A stretch of 64,000 nt of DNA from Thermoanaerobaculia bacterium (GCA_963666565.1 OY762911.1:1728001-1792000); one strand, 5' to 3'; positions 9,973 through 21,600 are shown, numbered from the stretch's first letter. Made by a program: numbers and translations. The notes: generated from the letters alone by a model not told the origin.

Positions 9973-10953
9973 CTACGGCAACAGCTCTTCGACCCCGGCG
10001 CGCTCCTCGAACAGCTCGTCGAGCGTGGCCCGCATCCGGCCGCTGCTGAACTCGTCGACGTCGAGGCCCTGGACGATCTCGTAGTCGCCGCCGCTCACGG
10101 TCACCGGGAACGAGTAGACGACGCCCTCCCGCGTGCCGTAGCTGCCGTCGGCGGGGATCGCCATGCTGACCCAGTCGCCGTCCGCCGTGCCCTGGACCCA
10201 GGTGCGGACGTGGTCGATGGCGGCGGCGGCCGCGGATGCCGCCGACGAGGCGCCGCGCGCCTTGATGATCGCCGCGCCGCGCTGCTGGACCGTCGGGATG
10301 AACTCCTCGCGGGTCCAGGCCTCGTCGACGAGCTCCGGCGCCGGCCGTCCGTCGACGAGGGCGTGGTTGAGATCCGGGTACTGGGTCGCCGAGTGGTTGC
10401 CCCAGATCGTCATCCGGCGCACCCGGGTCGTGTGAGCGCCGGTCTTCCCGGCGAGCTGGCTGATCGCCCGGTTGTGGTCGAGCCGGGTCATCGCCGTGAA
10501 CTGCCGCCGGTCGAGGCCCGGCGCGTTGCTGGCGGCGATCAGCGCGTTCGTGTTCGCCGGGTTGCCGACCACGACCACCCGCACGTCGCGGCTCGCGTGG
10601 GCGTCGAGCGCCTTGCCCTGGACGGAGAAGATCGCCGCGTTCGCCTGCAGCAGGTCCTTGCGCTCCATGCCCGGTCCGCGGGGCCGCGCGCCGACCAGCA
10701 TCGCGATGTCGGCCCCGTCGAACGCCTCGTCGGCGTCGGAACTCGTGACGATGTCGTGGAGCAGCGGATAGGCCGAATCCCGGAGTTCCATCACCACCCC
10801 CGCCAGCGCGTCCATCGCCGGCGGGATCTCCAGAAGCTGCAGGCTCACTGGCTGGTCCGCCCCCAGCATCTCGCCGGCGGCGATGCGGAAGATGAGCGAA
10901 TAGCCGATCTGGCCGGCTGCGCCGGTGACGGCGACTCGAACGGGTGTCTGCAT
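9973..10953 (-). CDS. mdh: malate dehydrogenase
   Basis: [56 protein letters not shown]. Confidence 0.97.
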   Translation of the reverse strand: MQTPVRVAVTGAAGQIGYSLIFRIAAGEMLGADQPVSLQLLEIPPAMDALAGVVMELRDSAYPLLHDIVTSSDADEAFDGADIAMLVGARPRGPGMERKDLLQANAAIFSVQGKALDAHASRDVRVVVVGNPANTNALIAASNAPGLDRRQFTAMTRLDHNRAISQLAGKTGAHTTRVRRMTIWGNHSATQYPDLNHALVDGRPAPELVDEAWTREEFIPTVQQRGAAIIKARGASSAASAAAAAIDHVRTWVQGTADGDWVSMAIPADGSYGTREGVVYSFPVTVSGGDYEIVQGLDVDEFSSGRMRATLDELFEERAGVEELLP

Positions 10954-11073
10954 GGCCTGGTTTCCTCCTCGATCCGGCGCGGGATCGTAGCACCGGCGCC
11001 GAGGCGCGTGGCCGGAACGGGCGGTCGGGAAGCGGCGCCTCCGTCGGCTGCACGCGCCAATAGACTCCCGCCC

Positions 11074-12099
11074 ATGGCGGAGCGGGTTCTGGTCACCGGC
11101 GGCGCCGGCTTCATCGGCAGCCACACGTGCGTCGAGCTGCTGGCGGCGGGCTGGGACGTCACGGTCATCGACGACCTGTCCAACAGTTCGCGGGAGGCGT
11201 TGCGGCGCGTCGAGGAGCTGACCGGGCGGCGCCTTCGATTCGTGGAGGGGGACGTGCTGGACGAAGCCGCGCTCGATCGCGCGTTCGGCGAGGGCGGCTG
11301 CTCGGCGGTTGTCCACTTCGCCGCGAAGAAGGCGGTCGGCGAGTCCTGCGCGGACCCGCTCGGCTACTACCGGACGAACGTGGGTGGCACGGTCAGCCTG
11401 CTGGAGGCGATGCGCCGCCATGACGTGCGCCGGCTCGTGTTCTCCTCGTCGGCGACGGTCTACGGCGATCCCGCGCCTGGCGCCTGCCCGCTGGCGGAGA
11501 GCGCGCCGCTTCGGCCGGCCAGCCCATACGGCCGCACCAAGCTCTTCGTCGAACGGATGCTGCGCGACCTCGCGGCGTCGGAGGGCGGCTGGCGGATCTT
11601 GTCGCTGCGCTACTTCAATCCCGCCGGCGCCCACCCGAGCGGCCGGCTCGGCGAGGATCCGCGGGGCGTTCCGGAGAACCTGCTGCCGAGTGCGGTGCAG
11701 GCCGCGGCGGGGAAGTTGCCGCACCTCCGCGTGTTCGGAACGGACTACCCGACGCGCGACGGCACGGCGATCCGCGACTACCTCCACGTCGTGGACGTCG
11801 CCGCCGGGCACCTGCGGGCCCTGGACCGGTTGCCGGCGGTCGAGGGTTGCGCCGAGTACAACCTCGGCGCCGGCCGCGGGGTCACGGTGTTCGAGCTGAT
11901 CGAGGCCGTCAAGCGAGCCAGCGGCTGCGAGATTGCCACCGTCCTCGAAGGACGGCGGCCGGGAGACGCCGCGGAGGGCTGGGCGGACCCGGCGCTCGCC
12001 GGCCGCGACCTGAACTGGAGAGCGGAGCGCGGCCTGGACGACATCTGCGCCGACGCCTGGCGCTGGCAGAGCGCGAACCCCGAGGGCTACGGGGGTTGA
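11074..12099 (+). CDS. galE: UDP-glucose 4-epimerase
   Basis: [42 protein letters not shown]. Confidence 0.95.
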   Translation: MAERVLVTGGAGFIGSHTCVELLAAGWDVTVIDDLSNSSREALRRVEELTGRRLRFVEGDVLDEAALDRAFGEGGCSAVVHFAAKKAVGESCADPLGYYRTNVGGTVSLLEAMRRHDVRRLVFSSSATVYGDPAPGACPLAESAPLRPASPYGRTKLFVERMLRDLAASEGGWRILSLRYFNPAGAHPSGRLGEDPRGVPENLLPSAVQAAAGKLPHLRVFGTDYPTRDGTAIRDYLHVVDVAAGHLRALDRLPAVEGCAEYNLGAGRGVTVFELIEAVKRASGCEIATVLEGRRPGDAAEGWADPALAGRDLNWRAERGLDDICADAWRWQSANPEGYGG

Positions 12100-12863
12100 G
12101 CGCCGGGGAACGAGCCGGCGTCGGCGAAGCGCCCCAGGCGACGCCGGGTGCGTTCGAGGCGCTCGAGGTGTTCGTCTACTACGACTTCGCCTCGTCGTTG
12201 AGCTACGTCGCCCACCGGGTGCTGGCGCGGATCGACCGGCAACTTGCCGAAGAGCGGATCGAACTGCGCTGGAAGCCGATCGACCTGACCGGAATCGGCA
12301 GCTTCCGGCGCGGGCGCCCGCTCGATCCCGCGCGCCGGCGGAGCCTGCTCGACGTGTCGGCGGCGCTCGGCGTCGAACTCGACCCGCCCGCCCGCTGGCC
12401 GGACGCGCGCCTGGCCGGCGAGGTCGCCCTGACGCTCGACATGGCCATCGACCGGGGACTCGACCCGGCGGTGGAGAAGGAGTGGCGGGAGGAGGCGTTC
12501 AAGGCGTTCCACGAGGCGGGCGCCGCGGACCCCGCGCACGCGGGCGCACGGCCCGCATCGGCGCGGCGCGATGCTCCCGGCCGCCGCGCCGCCGCGGTCG
12601 AGCGGCTCTTCGGCGACTTCGAGCGCCGCGGCCACTTCGGCAAGCGGGGCGTCGCTTCCCTCGACGACCTGGCTGCCGGCCGGCGGCTGGCGGAGGCCAC
12701 GCGCGCCGCCGTCGCGGCGGGCGTCGAAGGAGCGCCGACGCTGATGTTCGACATGTTCCCGCTGTGCGGCATCCACGACGAGGAGACGATGCTGGGGATG
12801 ATCCAGCGCTATGCGCGGCGGCGCCGCCGGCTGGAGGCGGACGCGGTTGCCGGGGTCAACTGA
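12096..12863 (+). CDS. DsbA/HCCA isomerase (kappa-GST-like) thioredoxin-fold protein
   Basis: [10 protein letters not shown] (Ser in place of CxxC), [12 protein letters not shown] cis-Pro loop; TTG start overlaps the galE stop. Confidence 0.7.
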   Translation: MSAGERAGVGEAPQATPGAFEALEVFVYYDFASSLSYVAHRVLARIDRQLAEERIELRWKPIDLTGIGSFRRGRPLDPARRRSLLDVSAALGVELDPPARWPDARLAGEVALTLDMAIDRGLDPAVEKEWREEAFKAFHEAGAADPAHAGARPASARRDAPGRRAAAVERLFGDFERRGHFGKRGVASLDDLAAGRRLAEATRAAVAAGVEGAPTLMFDMFPLCGIHDEETMLGMIQRYARRRRRLEADAVAGVN

Positions 12864-12900
12864 GAGGTCGGCGTCGCCGTTCGCCCCCTGGAGTCGCGGA

Positions 12901-12996
12901 GCCGCCCCGCGGTCTTCAGGTCCGCGAAACGGCCAGCCGTCCCGCGGTCTTCAGGTCCGCGAAACGGCTGGCCGTCCCGCGCTCTTCAGGGCCGCG
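12901..12996. repeat. about 2.7 x 35-bp tandem palindromic units (second REP-like family)
   Basis: GCCGYCCCGCGGTCTTCAGGTCCGCGAAACGGC at 12901 and 12936, variant CGCGCTCTTCAGGGCCGCG in the unit starting 12971; between convergent genes. Confidence 0.85.
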
Positions 12997-13021
12997 AGGC
13001 GAGCCGGTTGGCCCAGGTACG

Positions 13022-14796
13022 TCAGGGCGGCGATGCGCCCGGCCGTTCCTCGCAAGCGGCGATTCGCTTCAGTTCGACGCGGTCGAACCAGGCGTCGCCC
13101 AGGTTCGCGCCGTCCCGGGCGGCGCGGATCCTGACCGCTCCCACCGACCCGGGAATGCACTTCGTCACGGCGCGGCACTCCCAAGTCCCGATGGAACTGG
13201 CCACCACGTGGGCGTCGTCGAAGTCCGCGTCCCTTCCCGCGCCGTCGTCGAAGTCCACGAACACGTTGTCGCGGGCGTTCTCCCGGACCATGCACGCCGA
13301 GAGCTGGTAGGTGCCGCCCTCGACCGGGATCCACTCCTCGGTGACCGCCGCGTCGGGCGTTGCGTCGCCTCCGCCGTCGTCGGCGCTGCCGCGAAGCACC
13401 ATGCTCCAGGCGCCGGCGTCGAGGCCCGAAGGCGGCCGGGCGACCGTCGCGTCGCCCCAGGCGGCCGTCCAGCCGGGCGCCGCGGAAGCCCTGTCCCGTC
13501 CGCCGAGGCGCCTCCGAACGTCCCCCAGTAGTCGAGGCCGCCTTCGACCTCCTCGAAGATGTCGTAGCGCTCGCCGCCCGGATCTCCCAGGAGGGCCACC
13601 TTCCTGCCCCACAGGTCGCCGCGCCAGAAGGAGCGGAGATACGCCGTGCCCTCGGCCGGCGCCGCGCGCCCGTCCCCGAGGCGCGTCCGCACCTTCACCG
13701 CGCTGCTGTGCGGCAGCAGCCAGTACTCGAACGTGTCGACGGCGCCGGACGGCGACGGAGGCGCAAGCGCCGCCGACGACTGGGACGACGGATCCTCGGC
13801 CACCGCGACCGAGAACGTCAGCGTCGCCTTGTCGCCGTCCGAGTCCGTCGCCGTGTACGTGTACGTCGTCGCCGTCCTCGCCGCCCTCGGCATCCCCGAC
13901 ACCGTCCGCGTCGAGGCCGTGAAAATCAGGCCGGGGGGCAACGCGGGCGTCAGCGAGTAGGTCAGCGACGCGTCGCTGCCGCCCGCCGCGGGCAGGGTCA
14001 GGTCGGCGATCGTCAGGTTCCTCTGCCACGACTGGTCGGCGACGCCGGGCTGACGACGACCGTCCGCGTATCGTCGTCCGTCACCGTCACGCTCACCGAG
14101 GCCGACACGCTGGCGTAGTCGCCGCCGCTTGCGCTCAGGCCGACCGTCGTGCTCTCGTTCGCCGCGTCCGCGTCCTGAACGCCCGTCACCGTCACCGTCT
14201 GCGCCGTGCCGTAGTTCGTCGTGGTGAAGGTCAGGCTCGCCGGACTCGCCGTCGCGGCCCCGGTGTCCCCGCTCGACACCGACACCGTCACGGCGGCCGT
14301 CGGAAGCGTCGCCAGACTCACCGTGAAGGTGCCGTTGCCGTCCTCGTCGATCCTCTATCGTGATGGTGAATTTCAACGACACCGAGTCCGGTGAGGTCGT
14401 GTCCGAGTCCGTCGCCGTGTAGTTGTACTCCGTCGCGTCCTGCGCCGCGGTCGGCGTGCCCGAAAGCGTCCGCGACGAAGAAGAAGCGTCGAACGACAGA
14501 CCCGCCGGCAACGTCGGCGACAGCGTGTAGGTCAAGTTTCCGTCGCCGCCGGTGGCCGCCGGCAGAACCTTCGAGGTCATCGCCCGGTTGCGGATCAAGA
14601 CCATGTCCTCGATGTCCTCGCTCCCGAACGACGGCGTCTTGTCCGGGGGCGTGGGCGCCATCACGCAGATCGTGAACGTCAGTATGGCCGCGTCGCTGTC
14701 GCTTCTGTTGTTGTCCGCGTCGATCGCCTTCCAGGTGCACGTCGTCACCTCCAGCAACGCCGTCGGCGTGCCGCTGATGGTCTTGTCCGACCGGTT
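13022..14796 (-). pseudogene. fragmented large surface protein (putative-Ig/He_PIG repeats, cadherin/Calx-like Ig repeat, C-terminal jelly-roll/CBM-like domain)
   Basis: Ig-type text (LPAGLSFD..TLSGTPT..YTATDSD; FTVSLATLPTAAVTVSVSS..LTFTTTNY) is split among frames with switches near 14352, 14042 and 13490. Confidence 0.75.
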
Positions 14797-14850
14797 CACG
14801 CCTGCAGGGGCCGGCAAGGCGACGATCACGCTGACGGCCAGCGGCGGCGA

Positions 14851-15357
14851 CTACAACACCTTGATCGTCCGGCTCGGCGTCTTCGCGCCGAAGGGAGTGC
14901 TCGTGACAGCCTCGATAATCGGCCCGATCGGCTTGTTGACGTCATCCGTGCGCCGCGTCATCTGCCACCGGAACACGTAGCTTCCCTTCGTCTTCGGCGC
15001 CCTGATCGTGAACTGGAAACTGCCATTTGCGTTCGGCGCCACGCCTGAAGCCCCCACGCTGCCGACGCCCCAACCGTGGCCGAGCGCGACCAGTGCGTAG
15101 CTGGTCACCGTCCCTCCGGAGATCGTGTTTCGCCACGTCGTCGTGCCGGTGTTCCGCATCGTCACTGTCACCGACGCCGAACTGCCCGGCTTCATCGTCG
15201 ACGGCACGCCGTCGTACCTCACGAACGCCGCGTTGTCCCCGCCGCGCGCCGCGCCGGCGGTGAATGCGAGGGCACCGAACAAGCCCGCCACGGCCCCGCG
15301 GCGAAGCGCCGTGCGACCGGATCCGACCATTCTCGAAGTCATCGTCGCGTCCTTCAT
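14851..15357 (-). CDS. secreted NBR1-like Ig-domain protein; probably the truncated N-terminus of the fragmented gene
   Basis: Signal peptide, VTVTMRNTGTTTW and FTIRAP..GSYVFRWQM; its stop codon lies in an inverted DNA fragment. Confidence 0.7.
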   Translation of the reverse strand: MKDATMTSRMVGSGRTALRRGAVAGLFGALAFTAGAARGGDNAAFVRYDGVPSTMKPGSSASVTVTMRNTGTTTWRNTISGGTVTSYALVALGHGWGVGSVGASGVAPNANGSFQFTIRAPKTKGSYVFRWQMTRRTDDVNKPIGPIIEAVTSTPFGAKTPSRTIKVL

Positions 15358-15395
15358 TTCAGTCGCCCTCCCTTCGCAGCCGTGACCGGCTCCGC

Positions 15396-18300
15396 TCAAC
15401 GTGCCGCCGCGCCGGCGGCGCAGGCCAACGCCTCCGTATCGACGATCGCCGGGGCCGGCTGCCCGGCGGCCGTGCCGTACCCCTTCGCGGCCCCGGTCAC
15501 CGCGTCCTCCACCCGCAGGTCGAGGCCCATGTCGGTCGCCGAGGCGGCGAACACCCAGTGGTGCCCGTTGATCGCGCAGCCGTCCAGCACCTTCACCAGC
15601 ACCTCCCAGTTCTCCGGGTCGAAGAACCAGAAGAGGCCAGACCTGTCCGTGCCAGCCCGCGCAACGCTACCTTCGTGCCGCTCCCCTTCCAACGTGGACG
15701 CCTCGATGGCCAACGAGAACCGGCCGTTCCCCAAGCACAGCGTCGTCGCGCCAGCCTCGCACCGTCCCGTCCCCTGATCCGCCGCCACGAGCCCGGGCAC
15801 GGGGGCTCCCGTCCCCGCCGCGAACCGGCGGGACGCCTTGCCACCGGGAGTTTCCCCGGACGGCGCCCCGGCCGTCGCGGCGGCGCCGCAGGGCAGGGAG
15901 AACGCCTCCGTGTCCACGATCGCCGGCGCCGGCCGGCCGGGTTCGTTCCAGTACGACCGCGAATCGCCGGTGACCGTGTCCTTCACCCGTATCCAGTAAC
16001 CCAGATCGGTCGTCGAAGCGCCAAGCACCCAGATCCGCCCGTTGATCGCGCAGCCGTCCAGCACCTTGATCAGCACCTCCCAGTTCTCCGGGTCGAAGAA
16101 ACGGAAAAGGCCCGAGTCCTTGGCGCCGGCGTCAACGGCCCGCCCGGCGCCGGATTCCCCGGCGGCACTCCGCCACTTCATCTTCACCTCAAAGCGCGAG
16201 TCCCGCAGGCAGAGCGTCTCCGCGTCCGCCTGGCATGAGCCCGCGGACGGCGCGGCGCCGAGAACGCCAGGCAGAGAGAAGCCGCGCTCGTTGTACGCGA
16301 ACACCGATATCTTGTGCAGCGGGTCATTCACGTAGTCGGATGAAATGACGGCCGTCCTCGTACCCGGAGGGACGAGCGCCACCCTGGTGCCCTCCCACTG
16401 AACTTCGAAGCCCAGTTCATCGTTGGAATTGTCCTTCCAACCCAGGGTTGTCCAGTGGACCCCGGATTCGACGACGTGAACATCCGAGGGCGCCTGGGGG
16501 CCCGCGCCGCGGGCCCCCAGGTTCAGATGCGCCCAGGATGGCAGGCTGGGACCGTACTCGTTGTCGGCATAGACTTCGAACCTGTAGCGACCGCCCCGGG
16601 CGAGGCCCTCGATGTCCACCGACTCGGCCTGCAGCGGCCAGATAGAGTGGCCCCAGCCCGCAAGACGGGCCCGGACCGTGTAACTGTCACTCTCCGGGTT
16701 GCCCGTCCAACTGACCCGTACCGTCGTCGGCCCGATGGCCGTAGCGGTGAGATCGGCGACGGGGCCCGGGGCGAGCGGGTGTGCCCGCCAGCGGAAAGGC
16801 GCCGATTCGCCGCTCAGGGAATGGGCGGTGCGGTGTGCAGCGAACACCCTCAATCGGTACTCGCGGTCCCGGGGCCGTACGTGTATGACTGCAAGAGAGG
16901 CGCTGGTGCGGTCGGCCGGCGCCCATTTTCGCGCCACCGGTTCGCCTTCCTCGAGCAGCAGCACCTCGAACCCGGTTTCGTTGTCCGAATTGTCGATCCA
17001 ATGGACATCCAGGGTTGTGTGAGAGAATTGCACGGTTACATCAGACGGTGGCGCGAGTGGCTCGCCGGGGATGACCAGGTAGACGTAGCTGCTCCGCAGA
17101 GACCGCTCTTCGCCCTTTGTCGCCAGCACGTGGCACCTGTACTGCGTGCCTGGTTCGCGGTAATCGAGAGGAATCGTCGTCTCGCTGCGGCCCTCGACCC
17201 GCAGGACGACATATGGAGGGCCGACACCAAGTCGGTAACACCACACCTCGTATCCGTCTGCATCCGGCGCGTTGCGTTGCCAGGAAAGGCGAGCGGCAGC
17301 GCCTTCGCGCCAGATCAGAAGGTCGCTCGGCGGTGCCGGAACTCCCTCCAGAGAACGCAGGTAGTCGCTGTACCGCGCGCCGATGTGGACGGTTTCCTGC
17401 AAGAGCCGCTCGTTGTCCCGCGCGCCCGCTATGCCGACCACCCCGCCCCAGGGCCTGATCCGCGGCGTGGAGTAGAACGGCTCGATCTGACCCAGGTAGC
17501 TCATTGCCGTCCCGATGGTCGGCATCGCGTCGTCGTTCCAGTGGCCAAAGGCGTACGGCCTGAACGCCGTGTCCGGCCGCGCCACGTTGACCGGATCGTG
17601 CTGAGCGCCCAGATTGTGGCCGACTTCGTGCGCGAAGGTGACCACATAGTCGCAGCCACCGTCATTCCGCGTCCAACTGTGGGCTGATACGTAGAAGTTC
17701 TGCGCCGTGTCGCCCTTCTGTAGCGCACCGGCCATGCCGCAGAACTGGAGTGCGCTTTCGCCCGTGAAGAGGTGAACCACATCCGCCCTGTATTCATGGC
17801 GCAGGCGCAACAGGTCTCCGTCCTCCCGGAGGAGGTTGGACAGGCCCTGCTTCGGGAGACGCAGGTCTCTTCTCGCCCGATCCAGAACGGCAGACGCCCG
17901 CGCAACATGCACGATGTGCGGCTCGACCGCGAGCTCGTTGTTCCGAAACACCATCTTCAGGTAGTCCCCGGCGTGGCGGATCGCCGCCTCGGGGCCGCCG
18001 ATGCCGGCCCAGTTCTCGGCCGCCGTCGCCGTGTACGCCACCAGGATGTCCAGCCGGTCGTGGCTCTGCGGGTTGCTGACTGGCTGGGGAGGATGGGCTG
18101 CATGGGCCCCCGCCCGGACATGGGCCGCGGCGTCGTGGGCGCCTTCCGGGACCGTCTCCACCCCGCAGAAGGGCACCCCCTCCGGCCGCGGACCGCCCAC
18201 CGGCGCCATGCCGCCCCGGCCGTCCGACGCCGCGTGGATCTGGTACGCCCCGCCGCCCGCCGCGCCGAACCGGCCCACCAGACGGCCGCCCTCCACCGTA

Positions 18301-18656
18301 AGCACCACCGTGTCGTATCCCGCGTCGGGATGGCCGCCCGACCACATCAGGTCGCCGCCGCCGCGATCCTCGAACACGCTCCGCTCCGCCGACAGGACGC
18401 TGCCGTCCGGCGTCGGCACCTCCAGCCAGGGCGGCGCGCTGCGCAGCAGGCCCAAGTCCACCTGCACGGCCGTCGGAACCGGCCCGATCGACGGGCCGGG
18501 ACCGTCAGCAGAGGACGCCTCCGCAACGCTCGGGACGAGCGTCAGCAGCCGTTGCGCCTGAGCCGCCGGAGCCGTCGCCAGCAGCAACGCCGCCGCCAGG
18601 CCGCACGGCGCCGCTGCACGTCGCAATCCGGCCAACACGGGAGGCAACGGACTCAT
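15396..18656 (-). CDS. secreted metzincin (reprolysin/M12B-like) metalloprotease with Fn3 repeats and two C-terminal DPENWEVLxKVLDGC domains (paralog A)
   Basis: Signal peptide, HEVGHNLGAQH, Met-turn TAMSY, WxDNSxNExGF Fn3 motifs; ATG overlaps the paralog B stop. Confidence 0.9.
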   Translation of the reverse strand: MSPLPPVLAGLRRAAAPCGLAAALLLATAPAAQAQRLLTLVPSVAEASSADGPGPSIGPVPTAVQVDLGLLRSAPPWLEVPTPDGSVLSAERSVFEDRGGGDLMWSGGHPDAGYDTVVLTVEGGRLVGRFGAAGGGAYQIHAASDGRGGMAPVGGPRPEGVPFCGVETVPEGAHDAAAHVRAGAHAAHPPQPVSNPQSHDRLDILVAYTATAAENWAGIGGPEAAIRHAGDYLKMVFRNNELAVEPHIVHVARASAVLDRARRDLRLPKQGLSNLLREDGDLLRLRHEYRADVVHLFTGESALQFCGMAGALQKGDTAQNFYVSAHSWTRNDGGCDYVVTFAHEVGHNLGAQHDPVNVARPDTAFRPYAFGHWNDDAMPTIGTAMSYLGQIEPFYSTPRIRPWGGVVGIAGARDNERLLQETVHIGARYSDYLRSLEGVPAPPSDLLIWREGAAARLSWQRNAPDADGYEVWCYRLGVGPPYVVLRVEGRSETTIPLDYREPGTQYRCHVLATKGEERSLRSSYVYLVIPGEPLAPPSDVTVQFSHTTLDVHWIDNSDNETGFEVLLLEEGEPVARKWAPADRTSASLAVIHVRPRDREYRLRVFAAHRTAHSLSGESAPFRWRAHPLAPGPVADLTATAIGPTTVRVSWTGNPESDSYTVRARLAGWGHSIWPLQAESVDIEGLARGGRYRFEVYADNEYGPSLPSWAHLNLGARGAGPQAPSDVHVVESGVHWTTLGWKDNSNDELGFEVQWEGTRVALVPPGTRTAVISSDYVNDPLHKISVFAYNERGFSLPGVLGAAPSAGSCQADAETLCLRDSRFEVKMKWRSAAGESGAGRAVDAGAKDSGLFRFFDPENWEVLIKVLDGCAINGRIWVLGASTTDLGYWIRVKDTVTGDSRSYWNEPGRPAPAIVDTEAFSLPCGAAATAGAPSGETPGGKASRRFAAGTGAPVPGLVAADQGTGRCEAGATTLCLGNGRFSLAIEASTLEGERHEGSVARAGTDRSGLFWFFDPENWEVLVKVLDGCAINGHHWVFAASATDMGLDLRVEDAVTGAAKGYGTAAGQPAPAIVDTEALACAAGAAAR

Positions 18657-21600
18657 GCGTTGTCCCCGCCGCGCACCGCGCCGGCGGCGCAGGCCAGCGC
18701 CTCCGTGTCGACGATCGCCGGGGCCGGCTGCCCGGCGGTCGTGCGGTACGTCCGCATCCCCCCGGTCACCCCGTCCTCCACCCGCAGGTCGAGGCCCATG
18801 TCGGTCGCCGAAGCGGCGAACACCCAGTGGTGCCCGTTGATCGAGCAGCCGTCCAGCACCTTCACCAGCACCTCCCAGTTCTCCGGATCGAAGAAGTGGA
18901 ACAGGCCCGCCTTGTCCGTGCCCACCCGCGCGACGAGGCCTTCGTGCCGCTCTCCACCCGCCGTGGACGCCTCGATTCCCACCGCGAACCGCCCGCTCCC
19001 CAGACACAGCGTCGTTGCGCCGGCCTCGCACCGCTCCGTAGCCCGACCCGCCGCCACTTCGGGGACGGAGGCTCTTGCCCCCGCCGCGGGGCGCCTGGAT
19101 GCCTTGCCGCCAAGTGGCTTCGCGAACGGCGAACCGGTCGTCGCGACCGTGCCGCAGGGCAGGGGGAACGCCTCCGTATCCACGATCGCCGCCGCCGGCT
19201 GGCCGGGCTCGTTCCAGTAGGACCGAGAGTCGCCCATCAACGTGTCCTTCACGTCGATTCGGTACCAAAGATCGGTCGTCGAGGCGCCAAGCACCCACAT
19301 CCGGCCGTTGACCGAGCAGCCGTCCAGCACCTTGATCAGCACCTCCCAATTCTCCGGATCGAAGAAGAAAAAGAGGCCCGAGTCGTTCGTCCCCGCGGGA
19401 ACGACCCGCCCGGCACCGTACTCCCAGGCGGCGTTCCGCCACCTCATCTTTACCTCGAAGCGCGAGTCCCGCAGGCAGAGCGTCTCAGCGTCGGCCTCGC
19501 AGCGGCCGGCAGGAGACGCAGCGCCGAGTACGCCGGGCAGGGAGAAGCCGCGCTCGTTGTACGCAAACACCCTCAGCTCTGTTCGGCGGTTGACGAAGTC
19601 GCTTGAGATGACAGTCGTCGTCGTGTCCGGAGGGACGAGTGCCGACCTGGTACCCCCCCATTGAACTTCGAAGCCCAGTTCGTCGTTGGAGTTGTCCTTC
19701 CAACCCAAGGTCGTCCAGTGGACCCCGGATTCGACGACGTGAACCTCCGAGGGCGCCCGCGGGCCCGCACCGCGAGATCCCAAGGTCAGGTGGGCCAGGG
19801 AGGGCAAGCTCCGGCCGTACTCGTTGGCGGCATACACTCCAAACGTGTAACGGCCGCCGCGGGCCAAGCCTTCGATGTCGACCGACTCGCCATGCACGGG
19901 CCAAATCGTGTACCCCCAGCCCTCAAGACCGGCTCCGACCGAGTACTGGTCGCTTTCGCGGTTGCCGGTCCAACTGACCCTCGCCGTCGTCGGCCCGATG
20001 GCCGTGGCGGTGACATCCGTGACAGGTTCCGGAGCCAGCGGATGTCTGCGCCAACGAAAGGTCTCCGACTCGGCGCCCTCGGAACGGGCGGTGGGGTTAC
20101 TTGCGAACACCTTCACCCGGTAGTCGCGGTCCCGAGGCTGTACCTTCGAAGTCAGGAAGTCCCCCTCCGCCCCCACCCCCACCCACTCGCGCGCGATCGG
20201 CTCGTTGCCCTCCAGCAGCAACATCTCGAACCCGTGTTCGTTGTCCGAATTGTCCGCCCAACGGACCGTCAGGACAGAGTCGGACGGCTCCACGACCACG
20301 TCCGACGGCGCCGCGACAGGCTCGCCGGGGATGCTCAGGAAGGCGTAGCCGCTGCGCAGGGACCGCTCTTCGCCCTTCGTCGCCACCACCCAACACTGGT
20401 ACGTCGTGCCCGGTTCAGGGCGTTCCAGTGGGATCGTTGCCTCGTTGCGACCGTCGACCCGAAGGGTGGGGTCGTGACCGCCGAAGCACCTGACCTCGTA
20501 TCCGTCGGCTTCCGGCGCGTTGCCTTGCCAGGAGAGGCGCAGGAACTCGCCCTCGCGCCAGATCCGAAGGTCGCTCGGCGGCGCCGGCACTCCCTCCAGC
20601 GAACGCAGGTAGTCGCTGTAGCGCGCGCCGATGTGGACCGTTTCCTGCAACAGCCGCTCGTTGTCCCGCGCTCCCGCGAAGCCGACGACGGCGCCCCAGG
20701 GCCTGAACCGCGGCGTGGAGAAGAACGGCTCGATCTGACCCAGGTTGCTCACGGCCGTACCGATGCTGGGCATCACGTCGGTGTCTCCGTGGCCGAAGCC
20801 GTACGGCCTGAACGCGTTCTCCGGGAAACGCGTGCTGCCTGGATTGTGGTTGGCCCCCAGATTGTGGCCAATCTCGTGAACGAAGGTGACCACGTAGTCG
20901 CAGTAGCCGGCGTTGCTCGTCCAGGCGAAGGCGCCCGAGTGGAAATTCCGGGGCGTGGGCCCGTCGTAGAAGCCCCTGATCAACAGAAAGGCCCGGCCGC
21001 ACGGACCGACGAGGGCCGGGCCTTCGCCCGTGAAAAGATGCACCAGGTCCGCCCGGTGTTCGTGGCGCAGGCGCAACACGTCTCCATCGTCACGGAGCCC
21101 GTCCAACAGTCCTCGCCACGGGGAGCGTTGGTCTCGCGCTGCCCGGTCGAGAACGGCCGACGTCCGAAAGGCGTGGACGATGTGCGGCTCGACCGGCAGC
21201 TCGTTGTTCCGAAAGACCATCTTCAGGTAGTCGCCGGCGTGGCGGATCGCAGCCCCGGGGCCGCCGATGCCCGCCCAGTTCTCCGCCGCCGTCGCCGTGT
21301 ACGCCACCAGGATGTCCAGCCGGTCGTGGCTCTGCGGACTGCTCACCGGCACGGGAAGATCGGCTGCGTGGGACCCCGCCCGGGCATGGGCCGCGGCGTC
21401 GCGGGGGTGCTCCTCGATTGTCTCCACCTCGCAGAGCGGCACGCCCTCCGGCCGCGGACCGCCCACCGGCGCCATGCCGCCCCGGCCGTCCGAGGCAGCG
21501 TGGATCTGGTAGGCGCCTCCGCCCGCGGCCCCGAACCGGCCCACCAGACGGCCGCCCTCCACCGTCAACACCACCGTGTCGTACCCCGCGTCGGGGTGGC

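Noticed and set aside
14042-14352. Programmed double frameshift making the cadherin-like repeat optional
   Set aside because: No slippery heptamers; the junctions truncate domains, which fits deletion or end-joining better
18657-19442. N-terminal extension of the 1348-aa ORF in the track
   Set aside because: Shadow frame of paralog B; the real start is ATG 18656, followed by a signal peptide matching paralog B
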